Source: Neoconidiobolus thromboides FSU 785
Taxonomy: Eukaryota; Fungi; Entomophthoromycota
Assembly: GCA_025603075.1 (NCBI GenBank)
Contig: MU626299.1
Coordinates: 64,732-128,731 of the forward strand
Reading direction: 5' to 3'
Length of the DNA stretch: 64,000 nucleotides
The notes beneath the pieces are model-generated. The model was not told where the DNA came from and did no database searches. It saw only the letters and a list, made by a program, of their open reading frames with translations. Positions within the stretch are counted from its first letter, which is position 1; each line of letters starts with the position of its first letter. Shown one piece after another: positions 47,476-59,753 of the stretch. A program made the translations under genes and the position numbers.

Positions 47476-48273
47476 GATATTGAAGTTTTCAATAGAGTAT
47501 TAATTAATAGTTGGAAATTAAATAAATATAAAAGAATTTCAAATAATTTGATTTGTGATAGAAATTGAATTCTTAATGTACTTTTTATATACTATTTTGA
47601 TAGTTTGATTATTATTTTCAATCTTTTTATATCTATCTTTTTATCTATCTATCAACTACTAATACCACTCAGTTTCCTCCAGTTTAATAGATTCAAAAAT
47701 TTATCTAAGGTGTATATTATTTTATGAGTTATTTTTAGGTTTACCAATAGATAAAAAAGGTAATGTTAAGAAAGAAAGGGGATTTATTTGATGATTGGTA
47801 AAGCCAATCGAATAATTATTACTATTTTTATATTGAAGCGGATGTCTATTTGTTATTTTATTTGAGATGATTTGTTATTTAGTGGTATTCTCTTCATTAT
47901 TTGTTTTTTTATATTAAAGTGAAACTTGGAGTTATTTGTTATTATTTTATTTCGAAATATAATTTAAAATATTTCATTGAGATTTTAATATATTTAAAAA
48001 TTTTTCTTTTTATATTAAAATTAATAGATAAATCCTTTTATATTAAGCTACTTTGTTTGACTTATTTGCTATTATTAATTCTTTTATAGATATAATACAA
48101 ATGTTCTATATATATGCTTTTTTAAATTTTACTTATGAGGATAGATTAAAAAGTTCAAAGACATAACTTTTTTGATAAAGTAGGTTTTTTTCATACAAAT
48201 CTAATAATATATAAATATGCCCCATATTGCTTATAAAGTTCTACATCAATTGAATAACTCATTTTTAAGATAT

Positions 48274-48372
48274 GGGGCTGTTTTTTTTGGCTTCATTACT
48301 TTTTCCATCTTTTAAGCGTTATTTGGGTGGAAAAATTGTTAGTAAAATTCTTAAATACAGAAATACATCCCC
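48274..48372 (+). mobile_element. MITE copy
   Basis: ATAT/ATAT TSD. Confidence 0.85.
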
Positions 48373-48925
48373 ATATAGTCATTATTAACAAGAATTTAAC
48401 TTGTTTTTAGCTTGGGACAAAAAAGCTACCTCAATGTAACATATTCAAAGCTTTGATTATATCTCAATAACAACTAATCAAATCAACAATAAGCTTGGCG
48501 TATATATCAGCTATAGTGTAATATTTATCTTTACGAAAAAAACTTTGTTATAATACTAATTGCTCTATTGTATCTTAATTTAGTTCATTTTTACAACAAT
48601 TGAAAAGGTAGTCTTATTATTATCTTATTATCTTACTTCCCTATCTTTGCTTTTGTCTTTTGACTTTTTCATACACCTCGTATTTATCCATTTTTTAATA
48701 TAGTAAAAAATACAATCGATTTGTTATTAAAATTCATTAATAAAAAAACTTCAAAATAGCTTTATTAAAAAAATTCGACACTTAGACTTCAGCTCTTGTA
48801 CCTGAAAGTACATGTTCAACTTTCAAATATACATGTCCAACCAGTGGAACATCCTCATATTCTCAACTCTTATATCTAAAAGTACATATCCAGCCAGTGG
48901 AATCATATTCATTATCCTATCATAT

Positions 48926-49264
48926 TCAGATCGACTGAAAGTTTTCTTCATCCGTTGGTAAACTATTTACAATTCCATTCCCAACTTCTTTCTTATTCCC
49001 TCGGCTTCCACCTATTAACAAATTACCTCGTAATCCATTATTACCACTCCCAACTTCGCCACTAGAGATTCTAGCTGCGTTGAATGCTAAGCCTCCTATA
49101 GGTCCACTCCCGTTAAATAAAATTTCTAATAAACCACCATCGGAACCACCACCCAAGAAAATATTTAGCAAACCACCTCTTGGAGTATTGGCTCTACGTT
49201 GTAAGGGAAAAGGAGAAATGGGAAATACAACAAAAAGGAATAGGATTAGTATAAGAAGTTTCAT
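48926..49264 (-). CDS. Secreted precursor, subfamily B, tail-less
   Basis: Signal peptide, PLQRR, LGGGSDGGLLEILFNGSGPIGGL and GNGIVNSLP. Confidence 0.8.
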   Translation of the reverse strand: MKLLILILFLFVVFPISPFPLQRRANTPRGGLLNIFLGGGSDGGLLEILFNGSGPIGGLAFNAARISSGEVGSGNNGLRGNLLIGGSRGNKKEVGNGIVNSLPTDEENFQSI

Positions 49265-49786
49265 AATAAGAAGTTTCTAAATAATAAATAATAAATAATA
49301 CTATCAAAGTATTAAATTATTTAATTTTGGATATAAAATCCAAATCAAATTTTAGTTTTCTAGTTTTTTATATAGGTTTCAAATAATTTTTATTATTTAG
49401 TTCATTTTTAGTCAACCAATGTTTTTTGATATTAAACCCTCCCAACTATTGACTTCCACTTTTTAATCTATACTAATTGATTGAGCTTTACTAGTCTAAT
49501 ATTATTTCAATATTTTACCAACTAATAAAAAAACTTATATTTATAAATGGAACAAAATTGTTGACGATGCCCAAGTTAATTAATTTTACTTCATTTTAAT
49601 AAAAGGAGCTATTTCAGCCTAAGGCTTGATATTCTTTACATATTAATCTTTGAAAGGTAAAATAGTTATAAATATTATGAAACTCAACTTTTTAGTTGTT
49701 ATATTACAGTCACTTCTACCCTTTTGCAACCTATTTGGTGCTAATTTTTGTTATTAACTAATTTATGAAACTTGCATATAGGGTAT

Positions 49787-50302
49787 AGGTTTATATTGCA
49801 AGGTTTTATGAAATAAAAATACATATTCAACAAATAAAAGATTTACAGCTAAATAAGCAAATATTGATTCTTAATAACTTTGTAACTCTATTACGATCTA
49901 ATTTGCGATAATTTTGAAGCTAAATTAGCAAGCAAAGATTTTTCTTAACTGTAGTAACCTTATAATTGCATTGCGATATACTTAACAGTTTATTCAATAA
50001 ATTTTTGCTAAAATTAAGTAAAGTTAAGACTATATATATTAAAAAGCAAAATTAGCAAGTATTTAGCTTTAAACTTATCACAAATTAGATCATAATAGAG
50101 TTACAAAGTTATTAAGAATCACTATTTGGGAGTGTTTTTTTTGACTTCATTACTTTTTCCATCTTTTAAGCGCTATTTGAGTGGAAAAATTACTAGTAAA
50201 ATTCTTAAATACAAAAATACATCCCCATTTGCTTATTTAGCTGTAAATCTTTTATTTGTTGAATATGTATTTTTATTTCATAAAACCTTGTAATATAGAC
50301 TT
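49787..50302. repeat. Long inverted repeat (foldback, ~140-bp arms) with a MITE inserted in the right arm
   Basis: About 49787-49926 is the reverse complement of about 50070-50127 joined to 50231-50302. Confidence 0.85.
50128..50226 (+). mobile_element. MITE copy inside the foldback arm
   Basis: ATTT/ATTT TSD. The opposite arm has a single ATTT. Confidence 0.9.
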
Positions 50303-50312
50303 AACAGCTTAC

Positions 50313-50406
50313 GAGGCTGTATTTTTGTGTTTAAGAATTTTACTAAATTTTCCACTCAAATAGCGCTTAAAAAATGGAAAAAGTGATCAGGCCAAAAAAC
50401 ATTCCC
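50313..50406 (-). mobile_element. MITE copy, inverted
   Basis: TTAC/TTAT flanks and consensus match. Confidence 0.7.
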
Positions 50407-51252
50407 TTATCTAACCTATAGTTTTATATTTAGTTAAAATTATATTTAGGTAAACAGTCAATTAATTTAAAAAAGTCAAATCAGGTATAAGTCACTTATA
50501 GGCGTTTTATTATTTTGGTATTGCTAAATTCTTTTATTTTAAAGTGCTGTATTTTGCAAGCTACAACCCCTCTTTTATATAACTTTATATAGCTAAATTT
50601 GACTTGACCTTAATTTTTTGCTATATCACCTTTTAAAATTTTTTTAAATTTGAATTTGCTTTAAAAAATCATTGATAGCATTTTTATTAAGATTATTATA
50701 AACTAATAATAGTTGTGAAATGTTGCTTTATCAGCTTTATAATCAATTTAATTATGATTTATATAATATAACTAATTCAGAGTTTTTTATTTTAATTTGC
50801 TATAAAAATATTTACTGTTTAATTACAAGGAACATCGTTTTGTTCTTTTGATATTTATATTTCGTAACTATAATAAAAAATAACTATTATTATGTTTTTA
50901 TATATAACCATTTAGTTAAAGTGTAAGTTTTTTTAATATAACAACTTAATTTTTTTTTAAAGTATTTTCTGATATTGTATTTTTAACAAAGTTGCTAAGT
51001 TTTTCTAATAGTATTTTGTATAGATTTTATAGCAATATATTTTGTTTTATTTGTTCTATATAGCTTGTAATTTATTATATTTGACTTTTTATAATTCAAG
51101 TCTATCTTATACAAATTAGGATTTTTCAATTTATAGCTAGTTAATCAAGCAAAAACTGCTTTTAATTCTAACCACTAGGTATTGCTTTTATATTATGAAA
51201 ACAAATAATTTAAATATTTAAACAAGTTTATTTATTTATTCAACTAACTTAT

Positions 51253-51348
51253 GGGGACGTTTTTTTTGGCTTCATCACTTTTTCTACCTTTTAAACAAAT
51301 TTAGGCGAAAAACTGTTAGTAAATTCTTAAACACAAAAATACATCCCC
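51253..51348 (+). mobile_element. MITE copy
   Basis: TTAT/TTAT TSD. Confidence 0.8.
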
Positions 51349-52306
51349 TTATTACGAATAAAAATTTATTACATTAAAATGGATTGTTATAGAGGTATTA
51401 AACTAAAAGTACGCCTAGGATGTTGATCTTAGAATTTAATATTGACTAAAATTATATAATCAATATTAGTTAATAGTATCAAATTTATAAAATTGTTATT
51501 TAAAATTATAAAACTATAAAATTTCATAAATAAACGATGCTTTTAACTAATTTACTATATTATAATACTATAATATTATATATATTCAAAAGTTTTTATC
51601 TTTGTTTTTAACGAAAGCCAAATCAAGGTTTATTTTAGAATAAATATTTTACATAGCTAATAAAAAAATTTTAAGGTTTTTATAAGGTATGATTTTTAAT
51701 AGATTTATTTTAATAAAAACTTTCAATAGTTAAAATTATTATGGTATACAAATCAAGACAGTACTTAGCATGTTAAATAGAATTTAATAAACTAGTTTAA
51801 AATTAAAATTAAAATTAAAAATACTGATATAAAGCTTTTTAATGAAATGTTATTATTTAATTATAAAAATCAACTAAATATCTACTATATATGTTTGACT
51901 AAACTTAAAGCTTAATTTTAAGTTAATTTACTACAAAGTAAACCAAGCATGAGTATCTAAAAATAGAAAGCTCTTTTATTTGAAAATTTTAGTAAAATTT
52001 TAAATTGTTCTAAAAATAAAAAACAGTGGATAAAAAATATACTTCTCTCATAATTTTTGCCTTAGTTTATCAAAATCAGACGAAATCTCTTTTGAATCAT
52101 AGGCCAGGCAATTTTTTTTGGACTAAAGCAAAAATTGTAGTAGGAAGAATAATAACGCTTATTAGCTTCAAAGCTTAAAAATAGTTTTAATAAAAAAAGG
52201 TTTAAATTAGGTACCAAGCCCAACCACCAATGGCCCATAACGAACTTAATCAAAAATCTCACACTCCTGTCTCTCTTTAAATCAATTGAGAATTTCTTCG
52301 ATTTCT

Positions 52307-52618
52307 TCAAAGATTATTAACAACTCCATTCCCAACTTTGTTATTTCTTTGGCCCTTTCCCACTGATAAGTTAGCTCTTAAACCATGATTGCCACTACCA
52401 ACTTCGCCACTCGATAATTTGGCTGCATTATAAATTAAACTTCCAATAGGTCCATTACCATTAAACAATAGTTCTAATAAACCACCTTCGGAGCCTTGAC
52501 CCATCATCAAGTCAACTAATCCGTTCATAGGGTTTGGATTATTAGCTCGTCGTCCAAGAGGGAAACATATAACGGAATAGAAAGTAAAGAAAACTAAGAT
52601 TATTGAGATCAAGTTCAT
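52307..52618 (-). CDS. Secreted precursor, subfamily B, truncated by an early TGA
   Basis: Signal peptide, PLGRR, MGQGSEGGLLELLFNGNGPIGSL. Closest to 48926-49264 but stops about 9 codons earlier. Confidence 0.75.
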   Translation of the reverse strand: MNLISIILVFFTFYSVICFPLGRRANNPNPMNGLVDLMMGQGSEGGLLELLFNGNGPIGSLIYNAAKLSSGEVGSGNHGLRANLSVGKGQRNNKVGNGVVNNL

Positions 52619-53692
52619 AGCTTTGATACTTGAAATTGAAATGATGTTATTATATAATTAAAAATACTAAGATATTAAGATATTAAGTTGAATACAAATA
52701 TTAACAATAGATATACTAATTAGTTTTCAGTTGATTTTAAAAGTTAAAAGCTTATTTTTAGGTGTATTTATATAGTATTCTAACTTAGTTTAATAATATT
52801 ATTTTTATCTAGTTTTATTATTTTTATTTTTTTATTTGAAGTCAAACCCTCCTAGTTTAGTTAATGCCACTTTTTAATATATAATATTGGATTTAATTTC
52901 CATTAATTAATGCTATTTTAAGTTTTCAATCAATAATAATATACTTTTATTTATTAATAGATATGTATTACTAACAATGGATAAGTTAATATTAATTTAT
53001 TTTTATAGACGGATTAGTTTATCCATAGGTACAATATTTCTCCGATCTTCACTTTTACACAAAACTTAGAATATAGGTGGAAAACTAAAGAAGATGGACG
53101 CTTTTTCAATTGCTTTATTAAAATTCAATAAACTTCAACTTCAGATCCATTTCTTGAATTTTATAATCAAGCATTTAATTTAAAGTGATTTTTAATATAT
53201 GATTTTTACTGGATATAAAAAAGAACAAAAAAGTTCAATAAACAAGAACTACATATATGAATTATCAATGTTAGAACTTTAATAAGATTAAGTAAATTAT
53301 CTTGAATTCGAATTGAGTTTGAATTTTATCTTGACTGAAATAATATTATTATTTAGACTATAATCGGCAATAATTTATTTTCTAGTTTATTTACCCTATT
53401 AATCGTTTTTGAGATTTGTTAATTAGTTTGGATTAATTGATTGTTAATTACAATGTTTTTAAATGTTATGGAATAGTGACCATTTGGTAATCTTTCTGCC
53501 TTGAACTTAGTAACTAAATTAATACTAGGCAAGCTCATATTATATTTAAACCATTCAATCTATTAATAGAATTAAGAAAATAAAGCTTCAAACCCCATTT
53601 TATTAAAAAAAGTTATTTAAACTCCAACCCAATATCAGTCAGTATCTTTCCAGTCAATGAAACTTTACTCTTTAATCTTATTATCCTCATAT

Positions 53693-54007
53693 CTAATGAG
53701 AATTCTCCTCATGTATCAAAAGATCATTAATAACTCCATTGCCAATTTCTTTTTTGTTTAAATTGTTACTAGTTACTAGTAAATTAGCCTTTAATGCTTT
53801 ATTGTCTCCTTGGTTGTTAATATTGGCTATTAATCCTGCAATAGGACCACTACCACCGAACAAGGATTCTAAAACACCACCATCGGAACCCCCACCCATA
53901 ATCATATTTAATAAACCATCCAACGGATTATTGTCTCTATGCTGTAAGGGGATGGAAAAGACGGTATAGAAGGTAGTCGGGATAAGGATTAGATTTTTGA
54001 ATTTCAT
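53693..54007 (-). CDS. Secreted precursor, subfamily B, tail-less
   Basis: Signal peptide, PLQHR (dibasic site degraded), MGGGSDGGVLESLFGGSGPIAGL and GNGVINDL. Confidence 0.78.
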   Translation of the reverse strand: MKFKNLILIPTTFYTVFSIPLQHRDNNPLDGLLNMIMGGGSDGGVLESLFGGSGPIAGLIANINNQGDNKALKANLLVTSNNLNKKEIGNGVINDLLIHEENSH

Positions 54008-54768
54008 GATAATTTAATTAATACTATCAAAGTAAGAATTTAGATGTTTTTAGTACGAAAATAGAAAACTGATTTTTTATTCTTTTGACTTTTTATATAC
54101 TGTTTTTAATATTCTATTAATATTTATTGCATTTATAATATCTTTTCTAATAAGCCTCTAAATGTTGATTTTTACTTAATGGGTCACTTTAATATATTAA
54201 ATTTTAATTTAGTTAGATTACTTTAATAAAAATTTTAAGCCTACACTAGAATGTAGTTTAAGTTAAGAAAGCTAGGGCGTCTAGTAGTGTATCAAATAGT
54301 AATAAAAATTGTTTTAAAAATAACTAAATCACTCAATGATCTAAATCCATTAATTAATTCTAGTCTATTTTCATTAATTAAAATAAGTTGACAGTTGAAT
54401 TCTAAATGTTAATAGCATAGTGTCAACCAATATTTATTTCAATCATAATCTTTTTGAAATCTTGTTGATTATTTAGAGTTTATAGATTATGATGACTTTA
54501 ATTGAAACAATATTAAGAAATTCTCACGACTATTACAAATGCTCAAGGTAAGGGAAGGGGGGACATCTAGAGCTTTCGTTAGTTATGCGTTGAATTAGGG
54601 TGTCATACCAAATAGGAAAGTATATTATCTCTTTTTTTATCACCAATTTGATCTCTTATTTATTTTATTTTTATTATTTTTAATAAATCTTATTCAATTT
54701 AAATAATAAATAATAAAGTCTTGATATTTGTATACAGAAGATAAAACACCAGATTACGAATATTATAT

Positions 54769-54864
54769 GGGGATGTATTTCTGTGTTTAAGAATTTTGCT
54801 AATAATTTTTCCGCTCAAATGGCGCTTAAAAGATGGAAAAAATGAAGCCAAAAAAAACATCCCC
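54769..54864 (-). mobile_element. MITE copy, inverted
   Basis: ATAT/ATAT TSD. Confidence 0.85.
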
Positions 54865-54918
54865 ATATAATATTAGTGAAATTTAAAACAAATATTAATT
54901 TTATTTAAAAAATATTAA

Positions 54919-55410
54919 CTAAACTCCAACTCCAATGTCAGAAAGAATATTACCAGCTACTGGAATCCCTGAAACCAACCCATTATTGCCAGGTCTACCT
55001 AAAATTTCTCCAGCCACTGGAATCCCCCCTAACAATCCATTATTATTACTTCCTCTACCAATTGGTGTTTCATCCATTGGGAGGCTAGTAACAATCCCAT
55101 TACCAACTGTCATTTTGTTTTTATTACCTCCGGTGACTGGTAAATTGGATAATAATCCATCATTGTTACCACCTACAACACCACCAAGTAAACCTCCAGT
55201 CCCCCCAGTCCCTCCAGTTACTCCATTAAGTAGCCCCCCAATTGGCCCGCCCCCACCTGTTAAGGATTCCAATAATCCACCATCGGATCCACCACCTAAA
55301 ACACTGCCTAATAAACCGCCCAATAAACCAGCGTCTGCTTTACGCTGAAGGGGTGAGGCACCAATGGTGCATAAAGTGTAAAGTGTAAAGATTACTACAT
55401 TAAATTTCAT
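54919..55410 (-). CDS. Secreted precursor, subfamily B, full length with two IPVAG repeats
   Basis: Signal peptide, PLQRK, LGGGSDGGLLESL, GNGIVTSLP, GIPVAGEIL and GIPVAGNILSDIGVGV. Confidence 0.88.
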   Translation of the reverse strand: MKFNVVIFTLYTLCTIGASPLQRKADAGLLGGLLGSVLGGGSDGGLLESLTGGGGPIGGLLNGVTGGTGGTGGLLGGVVGGNNDGLLSNLPVTGGNKNKMTVGNGIVTSLPMDETPIGRGSNNNGLLGGIPVAGEILGRPGNNGLVSGIPVAGNILSDIGVGV

Positions 55411-56477
55411 GTTTGTATAGATATTAGAAAATTATTAGAAAATTAAGTATATTAGATAATTATTAAGGACAGTAAGGAGTTAAATACTATAAATGAAATA
55501 AATTATTAGTTCTACTAAATCCCTCTTTATTCTCTTGACTATTTATATAGTTTTGAATTTATCTTTTTTTAAAAGTTTAATTTACTTTTTTTTACCCTAA
55601 TGTTTTTTGTATTTTACTTCCACTTAGTTACCTCTTCTTATAATCGTTTACTCAACACTTATCAAATTTTTATTATTTTTATTTTGAAATAAACCGCTTT
55701 TTTAATCGAGCGGTTTTTGAGTTCAACTTATTTTATTACTACTATATTTTGAACGTGAATTGGGCTTTTAAATTTTGTATTTACTGAATTTATTATCTAA
55801 AAATTTTCTATTTTTGTATCTAACAAATACAAAATTAAAAAGTCCAATCTACGTTTAAAATGTAATAATAGTATATTCTGTTTTGATGTTATGATTGATA
55901 TTTGCTAATTTTGGAAATTAAATTGATTTCAAGTCTAGTTTAATTTGTTTCTAGTTTTGCTTTGAATTAAAATATTATCATTTGGAAACTAAAGTAAATA
56001 ATGAATGAATTCTTTTTTATTTAATAAACAATTTGACCAAATATATTTACTATCAAGTATATCTAAAGGTAGAGCTGAACTTTAGATTTTGTATTTGTTG
56101 AATATAACACAAAAAGTTATGATTAAATTTATGAGTGCAAAATTAAAACGCCAAATTCTGTTTAGGAAAATTTAACAGAAACATGTTAATTATTATGATT
56201 TTGATAATAAAGCCTATTTTTTAAATAGAATTTTTGATAAGTTTAAAACTATTAATAATATTTAAACAATAATGATAAACCATGTTCAAAATGATTTGAC
56301 ATACTACCTATATCCTAAAATAAGCGTTCATTACTGTAGAACATTTTTGTTTCTATTAAAAAATAAAGTAGAAAGAATAATTTTTTAATATCCATATTAT
56401 ATTAATATTTTTTTACACAACAAAATAAATATTTTTCATTATTTATAATAGAGATTATACGTGTCAATATTATATAT

Positions 56478-56943
56478 TGTAAAATATCGCTTTGTCAGCT
56501 CCATGGTTGACTATAGCATAATAATCACTTAGGTTGTTATGTTCTCGAGTTCAGAGACAGTCAATTCCACGCTCTTAGTTTGATTTGCTATGAGAATTTT
56601 TAGCTTTATCCCAAAGAATATTATCTTCCCGTTTTAATATTTGTACTTGTCAAAGTATAAAAGAGATTTTAGAACATAGTATAGCTTGGGGTTTTTTAAC
56701 TAAATTATTCCCTGATATCTCGTACATTCAATAAAGCTACTTAGTTTTCTTGATAGTATTTTACGTAAATTTTACATCAGTACTATCTATTTTATTTGTC
56801 TTACATAGTCTTAGAGCATATCGCTTGCTATTATTCATAATATAAGTCTATCTTAGTCACATAAACTAAGACCTTTCAGCTTACAGCATATTCAATAAAT
56901 AATAATTGCTTTTGACTCCAATCGCTGAGTATCAGATTTCGCA
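56478..56943 (-). mobile_element. ~463-bp solo-LTR-like element, copy 4, inverted and more diverged
   Basis: TGTAAAAT...ATTTCGCA termini with an ATAT/ATAT TSD. Confidence 0.75.
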
Positions 56944-57197
56944 ATATGTGAATTTTAATACTAAGTCGTGTACAAAAAACAGTCTGTTTTAATATTAATA
57001 ATGTATCTGAAGCATATTTTTATAAATATAGCAATATTATAAAAACAACTATTGTTAATTTTAAAAAAAAATTCAAGAGTTGAACATGTAATATAAATTC
57101 ATAAGCTTTATAGCTTTAAACAAAAAATCAAAAAAACTATAAAGCATAAATAAAAAAACTATAATTTAACATAATTTTTAAATCTCAATTAATATAT

Positions 57198-57390
57198 GGG
57201 AGTGTTTTTTTTGACTTCATTATTTTTTCCATTTTTTAAGCACTATTTAAGCAGAAAATTTGTTAGTAAAATTCTTAAACACAAAAATACATCCTCATAT
57301 GGGGATATATTTGATTAATTTGCTAACAATCTTTCCGCTCAAATAGCGCTTAAAAAATGGAAAAAGTAATGAAACTAAAAAAACATCCTC
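57198..57390. mobile_element. Inverted MITE dimer (57198-57296 and 57301-57390) sharing a central ATAT
   Basis: Forward copy, ATAT, then reverse copy. Confidence 0.8.
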
Positions 57391-57684
57391 ATATTACTAA
57401 GTTGAATTAACAAAATTAATTACATTTTAAGACATTAAGTAAAATCACTTTTCAATCATACTAAAATAAGATAAATAAAGAATCCATAAATCATTTGGTA
57501 CATTAAGATATAGGTTTTTATATACAACTATAATTATTAATTTATAATTAATATATAAGTAAAATTTGATCTCTCTAGAATTATTTATTTCCAAGACATT
57601 ATCTAAAATGTGACAATTTTTGACCAAACTTATTTTATAAAATGTAGCGCAAAACAACTATCTAGTTATAATTTTGACTATGTA

Positions 57685-57882
57685 GGGGTGTTTTTTGGTT
57701 TCACCACTTTTTTCCATTTTTTAAGCACTGTTTGAGTAGAGAAACTATTTAACAAAATTCTTAAAAAACATACATCACCATATGGGGATGTTTTTTTTGG
57801 CTTCATTACTTTTTCCACCTTTTAAGCGCTATTTGAGTGGAAAAATTGCTAGTAAAATTCTTAAATACAAAAACACATCCCC
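57685..57882 (+). mobile_element. Direct MITE dimer (57685-57779 and 57784-57882) sharing a central ATAT
   Basis: Two consensus matches separated only by ATAT. Confidence 0.8.
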
Positions 57883-58161
57883 ATATCTTAGTGAAAAGCC
57901 ATTGGATTAATATAATACTCAAAACATATATTAATTAAAGCCTGAAAAATATAACTGTGTAAAAAAATCACGTATCAAATTTCAATTTTATTTATTTGTC
58001 TCATACTTTAAACTTTTTAACTTGCTCTTGTATATTAGTTATCGATAATATTACCAAAAATAGAGTTTTAAAAAAATCAAATAAATATTATGAAACTAAA
58101 AGACCTTGTTAAAATTTATTAATAATAACAGTTATTTTGTTTTAACTATATTAACTGATTT

Positions 58162-58797
58162 TCAATTTACTATAGTATTAACTAAAGAATCTATATTTAA
58201 CGATTGAAGTAAATTACCAACCACTGGTAGCTTAGCTATTAACTCAGGTACCTCTTGTGGTAGGAAGTTGGGGATTTTGGTTGATGTGTAGCTAGGGTTG
58301 GGTTTTGGTTGATTACTCATTTGGTTGGCATTGTATTGATCTGTATGTGGAGTTTTTTGGATGCTTTGGGTTTGACTATTGTTCTGTTGACTTCGTTGAG
58401 TCTGTTGAATGTTTTGGTTTTGTTGTTTGTTATTCTGAGCTTGGCTGTTGTTTTGTTGATTTTGCTGTTGATTACTTTGACCTTGTTGGCTTCGCTGCAT
58501 CTGTTGATTATTAAGTCTATTTCCACCTTCTGAACACCCAGCTTTACAATCATAAATATCATTTGAATTGGTATAAGTTGAAATCTTATTGTCTTGTATT
58601 TGAGCAATAGGAACTTTACTAAATTTAGCTTCACGTAGATCAGCAGCGCTTCCATTATTATTTTCACTAGCATTTATATCTTCATTGAATGGCATAATAC
58701 TCATACTATGATCCTCATTTCCATGACGTCGATTTAAATTAATTGAACGACTTAGAGTTAAATTAATGAATAAAGCTAGGAGTAATTTTGAATTCAT
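58162..58797 (-). CDS. Secreted precursor, subfamily A
   Basis: Signal peptide, NRRHGNEDHSM, STYTNSNDIYDCKAGC, Q/N run and AKLPVVGNLLQSLNIDSLVNTIVN. Confidence 0.85.
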   Translation of the reverse strand: MNSKLLLALFINLTLSRSINLNRRHGNEDHSMSIMPFNEDINASENNNGSAADLREAKFSKVPIAQIQDNKISTYTNSNDIYDCKAGCSEGGNRLNNQQMQRSQQGQSNQQQNQQNNSQAQNNKQQNQNIQQTQRSQQNNSQTQSIQKTPHTDQYNANQMSNQPKPNPSYTSTKIPNFLPQEVPELIAKLPVVGNLLQSLNIDSLVNTIVN

Positions 58798-59753
58798 TAG
58801 ATAATTATTGACGGATTAATTAATAGATTAAGTTAAATTAGATTATATAAATATAATGTTCAATTGAAAATTAAAAATTATTATTTTAGATTCAACTTTA
58901 TGATGAGTGAAAGACATTATTTATATTATTTTTTCATTACTTAAGCTTAAACCCTCCGTTTTACCTTTAAAATTTATTATAATATTCATAAATCCTTCAG
59001 TTATCAATATGTTTTAATTTAACATAACATGAATTGAAGTCATGAAACATCAATTAATAATAACTCCAACTTTGTTATATTGATTTTGAAAAATTATGTT
59101 TTATTCTTATATTTAAAATTGGAATTTAAAATTATTTTTTGTCAATACATTTTGTTTAAAATCTTTCATTTTACCATTGATGTGACCTCTAAATTAATAA
59201 CACATTAATTGATTTATATTAATGTTCCTCAAACTTAAATTAGAGAAAATGATAATCTTAAAAGATAAATCAATTAAAGATCAATTTTCAGTATTTAACC
59301 TCCCATTATAAAATAAAAATTTAAGCTATGAGTTGCAATCAAGCATAATATTGTAAAATGTTGATTATAGAAAACAGCGCTAGACACTACACAGTTGAAC
59401 TTTAATAGCTCTATTATAATATTGAATCATTAGATTTTAATATAAACTATTGTACATAAATTTAGCAACCTATGTTTAAGTTACGAATAAAAGTTCAAAA
59501 TTTGAAATTTATTGACAATGCTATATGCATTTTATTAATAGGAAAAGAGAAAGATTATTAATGATGTTGTTGTTATAAATTTATGCCTTCACAACCTTTA
59601 TTTTATATACAAAAAGTACTTTAAGTCATAAGAGTAATTAATGTCAATTTTATTAAGAAAATACACATTCTAAACATTAACCCAGTATTCAAACCATATT
59701 CCTAACCAGTAGGAATCTTACCATAACTGCATCATTCCTTCACTAACAAACAC

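Noticed and set aside
55691-55716. Hairpin AAACCGCT..AGCGGTTT followed by Ts, resembling a bacterial intrinsic terminator
   Set aside because: The locus is eukaryotic, no gene ends here, and an 8-bp stem is expected by chance.
1546-57657. Other short F/L/I/Y/K/N-rich ORFs (1546, 2916, 5301, 10949, 30202, 40688, 47901, 52062, 57445)
   Set aside because: They are typical spurious ORFs of very AT-rich DNA or simple repeats such as (TTTTTTA)n, with no motifs or paralogues.
44285-58673. Hydrophobic antisense or alternate ORFs over the Q/N-rich and Gly-rich precursor genes (44285, 44299, 44344, 45390, 45435, 45457, 49080, 53739, 54935, 58305, 58309, 58317)
   Set aside because: They are complement or shifted frames of CAA/AAT/GGT-rich codons. 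The signal-peptide frames are the ones conserved across paralogues.
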